Shown here piece after piece: positions 15,713 to 24,133 of a stretch of DNA of 54,963 nt (positions are counted from its first letter, which is position 1; every line of letters begins with the position of its first letter). Under the pieces are notes generated by a model. It made no database searches, had not been told where the DNA came from, and saw only the letters and a list, made by a program, of their open reading frames with translations. The DNA is taken from positions 1-54,963 of the forward strand of contig JBJDXI010000061.1 of assembly GCA_051866595.1 (NCBI GenBank), read 5' to 3'. The stretch is from Clostridia bacterium. GTDB taxonomy: Bacteria; Bacillota; Dehalobacteriia; UBA7702. Made by a program: the position numbers and the translations under genes.

Positions 15713-17188
15713 CTATGATAAATCCATGGCTTCCAAAGCGCGGTCAATCTCCCGGCGGCGGTCATGGAAAAGCAGTTCTTTATTGTGGGCGAAGTAACCC
15801 TCACAGCCGTAACGGCTGATAAAATCCACCGCGTCCCGGCTCACCGTCAGTTCCGTCACCAGCACCAGCATTTCTTTCCCCTCACCAAAAGCCTCCTCGG
15901 CAAAGGAAAAAACATGGTCGAAAGCTTCTTTTACCCAGCGTATTTCTCCGGCCAGATCGCCGAGATCCTGCTTCAGCGAAGCTTTAACGGCCGCCGGATC
16001 GCCGGTGTACTCCGCCTGTTTCCGGCGCAGAATACATACGGCCCGTTCCAAACCGCTACGTTCCTCTTCTTTCAATGAAGAGGATTTTTTCGCCGCGGCC
16101 AGCTTCCGTTCCATTTCATCGCATTGGGCAGTCAGGGTGGCGTTTCCGTCCTCCGCCGCGGCCGCCGCTTTCACGGCGCCGGCCACAAGGCGCAGAACCC
16201 GTTCTCTTTCGGTAACGACGGAAACTTCCCGCAGAAGAGATGAGAGAATCAGGCCGATCAAACTGATCCGCTCATCAAAGGAGGCGTTCTTCGCTCTCTC
16301 CGTCACCGAAGAATCGGAACTTCCCCTCAAAATCGCGTCGACCTGATAATCGCTGCGGTATTTACGGTAAAGCTCGTAATAAACATAAAAATCCTTGGCG
16401 ATGCGGCGGTTTCGAACATACTGGCCGATAAGCCCTTCCTCCACCTCAATGCCGCAGGCTTCATATTCTTTCATCATTTCCGACAGATCGTCCCAGCCCC
16501 GGGGCGTCACGAAAGACTTACCCTCCACCGTTGTTTCCACGGCGCAGAAATCCCCCCGTTTCACGGAAAGATAGGAAATCACCGCCGGATGCACATTCTG
16601 CTCATAAGCGTATTCTTTCCAGGCTTCAAAATCGGCCTCCACCTCCAGGACTTTCAGACGATCCAGCGTCGCAATATCAAACTCCCGGACGGAGCGGTTG
16701 TATTCCGGCGGATTCCCGGCGGTCACAATGATCCAGCCTTCGGGCAGAGCGTGAGAGCCGAAGGTCTTGAACTGCAAAAACTGGAGCATCGCCGGGGCCA
16801 GTGTTTCCGATACGCAGTTGACCTCATCGAGGAAGAGAATCCCCTCCCGGACGCCGGTGGTTTCCATCATCGCATATACCGAGGCGATGATCTCGCTCAT
16901 GGTATATTCCGAAACGGAAAATTCTTTTCCCCCGTAGTTTTTCTTTACGATATAAGGCAGACCCAGAGCGCTCTGGCGGGTGTGGTGAATCATCGAATAG
17001 GAAACGAGACCAATCCCCAGCTCTCCGGCAATCTGTTCCAAGACGGCGGTTTTGCCCACCCCCGGCGCGCCGAGGAGAAAAACCGGCCGTTGACGCCGGC
17101 GGGGAAAACAATAGGCCCCGTATTCATCTTTCTGCAAATACGCCCGGACGGCGTTTTTGATCTGCTCTTTTGCTTCACGAATATTCAT
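15713..17188 (-). CDS. MoxR-like AAA+ ATPase (AAA_5 type) with a roughly 200 aa helical C-terminal extension
   Basis: Walker A is GAPGVGKT and Walker B is ILFLDEVN. The start is the ATG at 17188 (MNIREAKEQ), behind an AAGGAG RBS and 13 nt after the upstream stop. The track's start at 17245 would overlap the preceding gene. Confidence 0.85.
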   Translation of the reverse strand: MNIREAKEQIKNAVRAYLQKDEYGAYCFPRRRQRPVFLLGAPGVGKTAVLEQIAGELGIGLVSYSMIHHTRQSALGLPYIVKKNYGGKEFSVSEYTMSEIIASVYAMMETTGVREGILFLDEVNCVSETLAPAMLQFLQFKTFGSHALPEGWIIVTAGNPPEYNRSVREFDIATLDRLKVLEVEADFEAWKEYAYEQNVHPAVISYLSVKRGDFCAVETTVEGKSFVTPRGWDDLSEMMKEYEACGIEVEEGLIGQYVRNRRIAKDFYVYYELYRKYRSDYQVDAILRGSSDSSVTERAKNASFDERISLIGLILSSLLREVSVVTERERVLRLVAGAVKAAAAAEDGNATLTAQCDEMERKLAAAKKSSSLKEEERSGLERAVCILRRKQAEYTGDPAAVKASLKQDLGDLAGEIRWVKEAFDHVFSFAEEAFGEGKEMLVLVTELTVSRDAVDFISRYGCEGYFAHNKELLFHDRRREIDRALEAMDLS

Positions 17189-17201
17189 TTTCACGGTCTC
17201 C

Positions 17202-18218
17202 TTAAAAATCATCCAAATCAAAAGCCGCGGCCAGCTGTTCCTCAATGGATCGCTGCTGTACCGTGCGGTGTTTGTATTCCATCAGCGAAACCACGGCTTC
17301 CCGGCAGCGCAGGCGATTCGCCAGCCCGATATAATCATCCACCTTCTCCGGTGAAGGCAGACCCATCCGGTAAAGCCCCTCCAGCGCCGGGATATTCACC
17401 GTTTCCACCGCCAGAGAAAGAACCGCGTCCTCATGCTTTTGTATATAAGCGTCGTACAGGGCCTGTTCTTCCTCGCTGTGGCGTTCTCTCGTTGTCAGAT
17501 AACAAAGCACCAGGATTTTCTGAGCTTCTTCCTCCCACAGCTCCGGCCGGGCATGAGGGATGTAGCCCCTTTCCAGCCGGGGCAAATGGCGGTGACCGAA
17601 AAGATTTTCGGAAATCCGCTCCATGCCATCGGGAAGATTCAGCTCTTTCAGCCCGCCACATTCCCGCAGGGCGTTGCTGCCGATTTTCGTCACGCTTTCG
17701 GGAATCGTCAGCGAACGCAGACCGCCGCAGCACTCAAAAGCGCCCCATTCAATGGTTTCCAATTTCGGAGGCATTTCAATATCCGTCAGATGGCGGCAGC
17801 CATAGAACATCCGGTTGGAGATCACGCGGATCTTCGGCGGCAGGACGATGCGCTTTAAGGCGATACAGCCCCAGAATGCCGCCTCCCCGATCCATTCCGT
17901 TTCATCGGGAAGTTCAAGGGTTTTCAGCGCCGTACAGCCGCTGAAGGCCCGGTAGCCGATTTTTTTCAGGCCGGAAGGAAGTTTCACCTCCGTCAAAGAG
18001 GTACATTCCCGCAAGGCCCACCAGCCCAGTTCCGTCACGGTTTCCGGGAAAGCAATCGATGTCAGCTTTTTCTGTCCCCGAAACAGCGCCTCTCCGATGG
18101 CCGTTACGGTTTTGCCCTTCCATTCCGAGGGCACCGATAAAGCGCCTTCAACCTCGCCGTAAAGATCCGTCAACGTAATACCGGTCTCATTTTTTTCATA
18201 GCCGTAAGACAGGCTCAT
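17202..18218 (-). CDS. Cytoplasmic leucine-rich repeat protein (BspA/LRR_5-type repeats) with a helical C-terminal domain
   Basis: About seven 23-residue repeats of the form xIGxxAFxxCxxLxxIxLPxxL. No signal peptide. The ATG at 18218 overlaps the upstream stop (ATGA), with GAGG 10 nt upstream. An in-frame ATG at 18227 is the alternative start. Confidence 0.8.
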   Translation of the reverse strand: MSLSYGYEKNETGITLTDLYGEVEGALSVPSEWKGKTVTAIGEALFRGQKKLTSIAFPETVTELGWWALRECTSLTEVKLPSGLKKIGYRAFSGCTALKTLELPDETEWIGEAAFWGCIALKRIVLPPKIRVISNRMFYGCRHLTDIEMPPKLETIEWGAFECCGGLRSLTIPESVTKIGSNALRECGGLKELNLPDGMERISENLFGHRHLPRLERGYIPHARPELWEEEAQKILVLCYLTTRERHSEEEQALYDAYIQKHEDAVLSLAVETVNIPALEGLYRMGLPSPEKVDDYIGLANRLRCREAVVSLMEYKHRTVQQRSIEEQLAAAFDLDDF

Positions 18219-19585
18219 AACATCCATACCTCATCACCGTCGAGGACCGCTTTCATGGCCCAGGGCGGAACATTTTTCTGCGCCGGCGTGTCCTCCAAAA
18301 AGATAAACGCCGTTTCGTAGGGAGGTTTCTTCAACGGATACTCACCGTAACCGTCGGTAAAGTAGAGCAGGCCCTTCAAGGACTCAAAATGATGTTTTTC
18401 CACCAGTCCGTTGACGTAGGCAAACACCGGACGAAAATCGGTACCGCCGAAGCCCTTCAGCTCCATTCCCTCCAGATACCCTTCAAAATCCTCCCGGGAG
18501 GTGATCACGGCATCCTCTTGAATTTCCGTATCGCATTGAAGAATATGAACCCGCACCTTCTCAAAAAAGCTCGTTTTCTCCAGAAGAATCTGACAGGTCT
18601 GTTCCAGAAAACGCCGGACCAGCTTCCCCGAAACCGAAGCCGACGTATCTATGGCAATCACAAAATCACGGATTTTCTTTTCCTCCCTGTACTCCAGGGG
18701 TTCAATCAGCGGCATATTCCCATATAATTGCAGACCGTAGGTATAAAAGCAATAATCAAACTCATCCTCGTTGACTTTCAGTGACTCCCCGGAAATGGCG
18801 AAACGTTTCAGAAAAGAACGGTAATCGACTTTTTCTTTCAGTACCAGATCAAGGCATTGCATAAGGGTTCCGGCCTTTTCGCCCCATTCCCGGGAAAAGG
18901 TCTCCATGTCCATCCGCACGGTATGACCGGCCTCCCGCCAATAAACCGCGGCTTTTTCATCGCCCCGCAATGCCCTGCGGCCGCCGCCTTTGCCCGGAAG
19001 TTCCGTTCCGGAAAAATCAACGGTCTCACCGGACAACGGAAAATACCAGGAAGAGTGATCGTCGGCGCGGAAATCCTCGGCCATGGAACAAAGCTCTTCC
19101 TCACTCAGGTCACTTTCCGTCAGATAACGGTAGATCTTCTCCGCCGACAGGAAGCGCACCTTCTTTCGCAGCGTCTCGATGACCGAATCCTGACGGTACT
19201 GCCGTTTGCAGATGAGACCCGTCAGTTCCAGCTCATTGATGACATTTTCCGCGGCGATGTCACAGGCCAGGTCATAGCAAAGTTGATTCACCTCGCCGCC
19301 GCGGAAGGGATGAGCAAAGAGACAGTGCGTCAGCATATGCAGAAGATCCCGGGGAACCCTCTCTTTTTCTTCCCGACTGGAGATTAGAACATGACGTACG
19401 TTGTAGCGGAGGTGTTCACCGTCCACTGCGTAGCTTTCAGGATGACCCTCCACATCCTTCAGACGAAAGAGTGCCGTATCAAGAAAGCGCAGGGGCACCA
19501 GTAATTCACTGCGGGCCAACTTCAGTATTTCCGCCGCCAGAGACGATCCGCTGTTCCGTTGTTCTTTGAGCATTTCACGATCCAT
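18215..19585 (-). CDS. DUF2201-like protein: N-terminal metallopeptidase-like domain (degenerate HExxH) plus C-terminal vWA-like domain
   Basis: The sequence LLHMLTHCLFAHP sits where the family carries HExxH, so the Glu is replaced by Met. The vWA MIDAS motif is DxSxS (VIAIDTSASVSG). AAGGAG RBS. No signal peptide. Confidence 0.8.
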   Translation of the reverse strand: MDREMLKEQRNSGSSLAAEILKLARSELLVPLRFLDTALFRLKDVEGHPESYAVDGEHLRYNVRHVLISSREEKERVPRDLLHMLTHCLFAHPFRGGEVNQLCYDLACDIAAENVINELELTGLICKRQYRQDSVIETLRKKVRFLSAEKIYRYLTESDLSEEELCSMAEDFRADDHSSWYFPLSGETVDFSGTELPGKGGGRRALRGDEKAAVYWREAGHTVRMDMETFSREWGEKAGTLMQCLDLVLKEKVDYRSFLKRFAISGESLKVNEDEFDYCFYTYGLQLYGNMPLIEPLEYREEKKIRDFVIAIDTSASVSGKLVRRFLEQTCQILLEKTSFFEKVRVHILQCDTEIQEDAVITSREDFEGYLEGMELKGFGGTDFRPVFAYVNGLVEKHHFESLKGLLYFTDGYGEYPLKKPPYETAFIFLEDTPAQKNVPPWAMKAVLDGDEVWML

Positions 19586-19605
19586 ACCAATTCTCCTTTG
19601 ATTTC

Positions 19606-19614
19606 ATTATATCA
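19606..19614 (-). promoter_or_regulatory. Extended -10 promoter of the vWA-LRR-AAA operon
   Basis: Read on the minus strand: TGATATAAT, about 20 nt upstream of the RBS. The -35 element is weak. Confidence 0.5.
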
Positions 19615-19764
19615 CAGTTTCGGAAAAAAGACAGAAACGGCGCGAATCAAAAAAGCAAAGGCGAAAAATATTGCCGGTTCTCCCCGAAAAGAAAACCATC
19701 GGAGGTGAACTCAGAAATAAAGAAATAATTTTTATGATAGCAGGCATTTTTCGGCAAAATACAC

Positions 19765-19792
19765 TTGAAATCGACACAATTTGTAGTATGAT
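19765..19792 (+). promoter_or_regulatory. Sigma-A promoter of the O-acylation gene cluster
   Basis: TTGAAA (19765-19770), a 16 nt spacer, then TATGAT (19787-19792). The palindrome AGAAACA-N7-TGTTTCT (19804-19824) follows it. Confidence 0.55.
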
Positions 19793-19859
19793 ATATATAG
19801 ATTAGAAACACAGGAAATGTTTCTGTTTTCACAGAAATTTCAAAAGAAACCAGGAAATA

Positions 19860-20936
19860 ATGAACAACTATCCTCATCGAAAGAAAAACAATTCCAATCG
19901 CAGAAGATCCGTCGGTACCAACCGGAGAGATTCGGAAAGAACTTCTCAAAGAAAAAGGACATCAGCGGAAAAACGACACAATACAGAAGCCTCTCTCTAC
20001 GGCGCGGGAAAAAGAACACGGCAAACCAAACAAGAGCCGCCGCGTTCCCGGTCACGGAAACGCCGGCCTTCCCTTATCCCGCCGGTAACAGGAAAGAGTC
20101 CCCGGAAGAATCCCCAATCCCCGCAGAAAAGAAGCAACCGGCGGCAAAAACGATCCTCCGATCAACCAAAGCTTTTAAGAGGATTGCTTGCCGTCGTATT
20201 TCTCCTCATCATCGCCACCCTCTTTTATCTGGGGATCAGCACCGTCAAAGAACAGAAAACCCTTTCGGATAATATCGCAATTCTCGAGGAAATGGAGAAA
20301 AAAGATCCCGCGGAACTGCTGGCCGCCGAAGTCAAGGGCGGAATTCATGTCACGGATTTTCAGGCCGAACAAAGCAAAATCGTAAACCTGGATCCGACAG
20401 CAGTGGACAAGACCTCTTTGCTGAGGCAATTTAAAAACAAAGTCATCCTCGGTGACTCGTTAGCCAAAGCCTGCACCGGCTACGGTTATCTCAACGATTA
20501 CATCGTTTTCGCGGAGATCGGCGTTTCCCTTACGAATTCCGATGAACTTTTTGAAGCCGCCGAAAGCGCCGCGCCTTCGATGATTTTTCTTTGCTTCGGT
20601 ATCAACGATATTAAATCCTGCGGAGAACGTAGCGATATTTTCATCAAAAATTATACCAAGCGCATTACAGAACTTCAGAAAAGTCTTCCCCACACCGTCA
20701 TCTATGTTCAGGGAATCCTGCCTCCGGCCTCTGTCAAGGCGAACTCTCCTTATCAATACCGTGAAAAATACAATCAGGAACTGGAAAAGATGTGCGATGA
20801 TCTGGGCGTTTACTACTTTAATGCCGACTTTATTTTAGAACAGCTGCCCTCTCTCTATGATGTGGACGGACTTCATCCCAAAGGTGATTTCTATCCCTTA
20901 TGGCTGACGTATCTGGCAGATATTGCGGGGTTATAA
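19860..20936 (+). CDS. Membrane-anchored SGNH/GDSL hydrolase-type esterase or acyltransferase with a long basic N-terminal tail
   Basis: GDS block (VILGDSLAK) and C-terminal DGLHP block. One TM helix (LLAVVFLLIIATLFYLGI) follows about 110 residues rich in Arg, Lys, Ser and Gln. Confidence 0.75.
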   Translation: MNNYPHRKKNNSNRRRSVGTNRRDSERTSQRKRTSAEKRHNTEASLYGAGKRTRQTKQEPPRSRSRKRRPSLIPPVTGKSPRKNPQSPQKRSNRRQKRSSDQPKLLRGLLAVVFLLIIATLFYLGISTVKEQKTLSDNIAILEEMEKKDPAELLAAEVKGGIHVTDFQAEQSKIVNLDPTAVDKTSLLRQFKNKVILGDSLAKACTGYGYLNDYIVFAEIGVSLTNSDELFEAAESAAPSMIFLCFGINDIKSCGERSDIFIKNYTKRITELQKSLPHTVIYVQGILPPASVKANSPYQYREKYNQELEKMCDDLGVYYFNADFILEQLPSLYDVDGLHPKGDFYPLWLTYLADIAGL

Positions 20937-20937
20937 C

Positions 20938-21495
20938 ATGAAAACGGAAACTGATTTTTCGGCACAGCCCGCCGCGGAGCAAAGGCCCGCCCTTTCCCGT
21001 CACGCGGGGCTGTCCAAAACCGATTTTTTCTTTGGAATTATCAAACTGCTTCTACTGGCTTTCCTCATTTTTTATATCGGGATGCTCTTTTCGTCAAATA
21101 CCACAAAAGACGTAAGCATCCATACCATCGAAAAAGTAATGGCACCTTTCGCGGAAGAAGCGGAATTAACACCCGGTGACGCCAACACGATGAAAAGAGA
21201 GTTCTCTCTTGATGCCGGCGCTTACCCCAATGCCATCATTTATTCTTCGGACTCATTGATGGATGTTTCCGAATTTTTCATTGTTAAAGTGGAAGATACA
21301 GAAGAATTTTCCGCACTGGAAACGGCCGTTGGCCTTTATCTGGAGGAACAAATGAAAAAATTCGACGGATACGGAACAAATCAGTACGATCTTTTAAAAC
21401 ACGCCGTCATCACGGAAAAAGGTCCTTACTTTTTCTTCGGCGTTTCCGAACAGGTCGAAAAATGGGAGGAGGCGTTCCTTTCCTGTATTAAATAG
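20938..21495 (+). CDS. Membrane-anchored protein, DUF4358-like
   Basis: The ATG lies 1 nt after the upstream stop. There is one N-terminal TM helix (FFFGIIKLLLLAFLIFYIGMLF). The family assignment comes from my memory of typical MBOAT/DHHW neighbourhoods and has not been verified. Confidence 0.5.
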   Translation: MKTETDFSAQPAAEQRPALSRHAGLSKTDFFFGIIKLLLLAFLIFYIGMLFSSNTTKDVSIHTIEKVMAPFAEEAELTPGDANTMKREFSLDAGAYPNAIIYSSDSLMDVSEFFIVKVEDTEEFSALETAVGLYLEEQMKKFDGYGTNQYDLLKHAVITEKGPYFFFGVSEQVEKWEEAFLSCIK

Positions 21496-21512
21496 AAGGG
21501 AACAATATTACA

Positions 21513-22898
21513 GTGGTTTTCAGCAGTGTTTATTTTTTATTTATATTTCTCCCGGTTGTTCTGCTCCTCTACTTCGCCGCGTCCCCGAAAATGAAAAATC
21601 TGGTGCTTCTGACTGCCAGTATCTTTTTCTACGCCTGGGGAGAACCGGTTTATGTGGTGCTGATGCTGTTCAGCACCGTATTCAACTATGTGATGGGCCG
21701 GGATATTGCCAGGGAAAAACCGGCCGCCGCGAAAAAACGAAGCCTGATATTTGCCGTCATCATCAACCTTCTGATTCTCGGGTTTTTCAAATATTACGGT
21801 TTTTTAGTGGATACGCTCAATGGGATTCTTCCCTTTGATCTGCCTTACCGCGAGCTGCCGCTGCCCATCGGTATTTCTTTCTATACGTTTCAGGCTCTTT
21901 CCTATATCATTGATATTTACCGCGGAAAGATCGAGGTACAGAAAAATATTATCCTTTTCGCCGTCTATATCACCATGTTTCCGCAGCTTGTCGCCGGTCC
22001 CATTGTCAAATATTCGGATATTGGCACGGAGCTGAAAGAAAGAAAAATCACCGCCGACGACATCGGCGAAGGCATTGTCCGCCTCATCATCGGCCTCGGG
22101 AAAAAAGTTCTCCTCGCCAACAATCTGGGGCTTCTCTACACCACCGTCCAGGCCATGCCGGAACGGTCGGTTCTCCTTGCCTGGATCGGAATTATCGCTT
22201 ACACGCTGCAAATCTATTTTGATTTCAGCGGTTATTCGGATATGGCCATCGGCATCGGACGGATGCTGGGTTTCCGTTTCCCGGAAAACTTCCGTTATCC
22301 GTATCTTTCCACGTCAATTTCGGATTTCTGGCGCCGTTGGCATATGACCCTTTCTTACTGGTTCAGAGATTACGTCTATATTCCCCTCGGCGGCAGCCGG
22401 GCCGGAACAGCCCGTCAGATTCGGAACATTCTTATCGTCTGGATGCTGACCGGCCTCTGGCACGGTGCCAGCTGGAATTTTGTTCTTTGGGGGCTGTATT
22501 ACGGTCTCCTTCTGATGCTGGAAAAATTCGTCCTTCGCTCGGTCCTTCCCCATATTCCGGGATTCATCCGGCATATTTACACAATGTTTTTCGTCATCAT
22601 CGGCTGGGTTCTTTTCAGCAACACCGATCTTACCGCCGCTCTGCAATATTTAGGCAGTATGTTCGGCATTGGGGCGGCAGGCTTCGCCGGAGGAGAAACC
22701 TTCTACTACCTGTTGACCCATTTGATTCTCCTCATCGTTTCCATTCTGTGCTGCGCGCCCGCTTTGGGTGAATGGTTTTTCGATCAGGCGGAATACCGGC
22801 CTAAATTTTCCGCCGCCGTACTTATTATGATCTTTGTATTATCCACAGCCTTTTTGGTTTACAGCTCCTATAATCCTTTCCTGTATTTCCGTTTCTAG
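21513..22898 (+). CDS. MBOAT-family membrane-bound O-acyltransferase (AlgI/DltB-like)
   Basis: Polytopic membrane protein. It carries the conserved MBOAT His region (FWRRWHMTLSYWFRDYVYIPLGG ... GLWHGASW). GTG start. Confidence 0.9.
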   Translation: MVFSSVYFLFIFLPVVLLLYFAASPKMKNLVLLTASIFFYAWGEPVYVVLMLFSTVFNYVMGRDIAREKPAAAKKRSLIFAVIINLLILGFFKYYGFLVDTLNGILPFDLPYRELPLPIGISFYTFQALSYIIDIYRGKIEVQKNIILFAVYITMFPQLVAGPIVKYSDIGTELKERKITADDIGEGIVRLIIGLGKKVLLANNLGLLYTTVQAMPERSVLLAWIGIIAYTLQIYFDFSGYSDMAIGIGRMLGFRFPENFRYPYLSTSISDFWRRWHMTLSYWFRDYVYIPLGGSRAGTARQIRNILIVWMLTGLWHGASWNFVLWGLYYGLLLMLEKFVLRSVLPHIPGFIRHIYTMFFVIIGWVLFSNTDLTAALQYLGSMFGIGAAGFAGGETFYYLLTHLILLIVSILCCAPALGEWFFDQAEYRPKFSAAVLIMIFVLSTAFLVYSSYNPFLYFRF

Positions 22899-22912
22899 GA
22901 GGTGAATGTCTT

Positions 22913-24070
22913 TTGAGAATAAAATTCGATTCTTATTCGCAGATCGTTTCCGTTCTGTTGATCGCCATAGTTTTGATTCTTGATCTCATCGGCATTTTTT
23001 CTCCGGACAGGAGTTACTCCTCCTCAGAAAACCGGAATCTGGAATTAAGACCAACCATGACATGGGAAACCATACTTTCCGGACGTTACCAGGAGCGTTA
23101 CGAAGCTTTCACGGAGGATCAGTTTCCCTTCCGCGACGGCTGGATCCAGCTGAAAACCACCACGGACCGACTGACAGGCAAGAAAGAATTCAACGGAATC
23201 TATCTTGGGAAAAACGGCTATCTGATTCAAAATTTCACAGAGCCGAAAAAAGAAGCCGAAGATCAGATGTTCGACGCCGTAAAGGAATTTTCAGAGAATC
23301 ATTCAAAGCTTCGGCAATACGCTTTGATCGCGCCAACGGCAGTTTCGGTTCTCTCGGATAAACTGCCGAAACACGCTCCCGTCGGCGACCAAAACGCCTA
23401 TCTGGATCAGACCGCGAAAAATTTCAGCGAAGCGGGAATCACCGTTATCGATATACGCGAGAATATGAAAGCCGCGGCGAAGGAAAAACAACTTTATTAT
23501 AAAACGGATCATCATTGGACCACAGACGGCGCGTACATCGCTTACCGCGCCTTTGCCAACGCCGCGGATTTAGATGGCAAAAACACGAAATACCGCAGAT
23601 TACAGGTATCGGATTCCTTCTGCGGTATGCTCGCCGCCTCCGGTGGTTTTTCCGAATCAAAAACCGATGATATTTACGTATACCTGCCGAAAGGCAAAGA
23701 AATCAATTACGTCGTCTCCTATGAAGAAGAGCAGGAGAAATCCGCCTCTTTCTACCGCACGGAAAATCTGAATGTCCGGGATCAATACACTCTTTTTCTC
23801 AACGGCAATCACGCGTTGGTCCGGATTACAACAAACGCGGAATCAAAGGATACCCTACTGATCCTGAAAGATTCTTACGCGAACTGCTTCGTTCCCTTTT
23901 TAACCGGAGATTACGCCGAAATCATCTTAGTGGATCCCCGCTACTACGCCGACGATCTGGAAACACTGATCAAAAGCGAACAAGTCACCGATTTGCTGTA
24001 CCTCTACAACGCGAACACATTATCCCAGGACAGCAATTTGGAAACTGTTCTCGGTACAGAAAACGAATAA
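22913..24070 (+). CDS. DHHW-family protein (AlgJ/AlgX-like partner of MBOAT)
   Basis: Signature KTDHHWTTDGAY. N-terminal membrane anchor. The TTG start lies 8 nt after AGGAGGTG. Confidence 0.85.
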   Translation: MRIKFDSYSQIVSVLLIAIVLILDLIGIFSPDRSYSSSENRNLELRPTMTWETILSGRYQERYEAFTEDQFPFRDGWIQLKTTTDRLTGKKEFNGIYLGKNGYLIQNFTEPKKEAEDQMFDAVKEFSENHSKLRQYALIAPTAVSVLSDKLPKHAPVGDQNAYLDQTAKNFSEAGITVIDIRENMKAAAKEKQLYYKTDHHWTTDGAYIAYRAFANAADLDGKNTKYRRLQVSDSFCGMLAASGGFSESKTDDIYVYLPKGKEINYVVSYEEEQEKSASFYRTENLNVRDQYTLFLNGNHALVRITTNAESKDTLLILKDSYANCFVPFLTGDYAEIILVDPRYYADDLETLIKSEQVTDLLYLYNANTLSQDSNLETVLGTENE

Positions 24071-24077
24071 AAAAAAT

Positions 24078-24122
24078 CGCCGAAAGCACATTCACGGATC
24101 ATTTCCGCAGTTCCTTTCGGCG
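24078..24122. terminator. Bidirectional terminator between the convergent DHHW and DD-carboxypeptidase genes
   Basis: Stem CGCCGAAAG ... CTTTCGGCG, with an A-run before it and a T-run after it. Confidence 0.7.
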
Positions 24123-24133
24123 GTTTTTTTATT

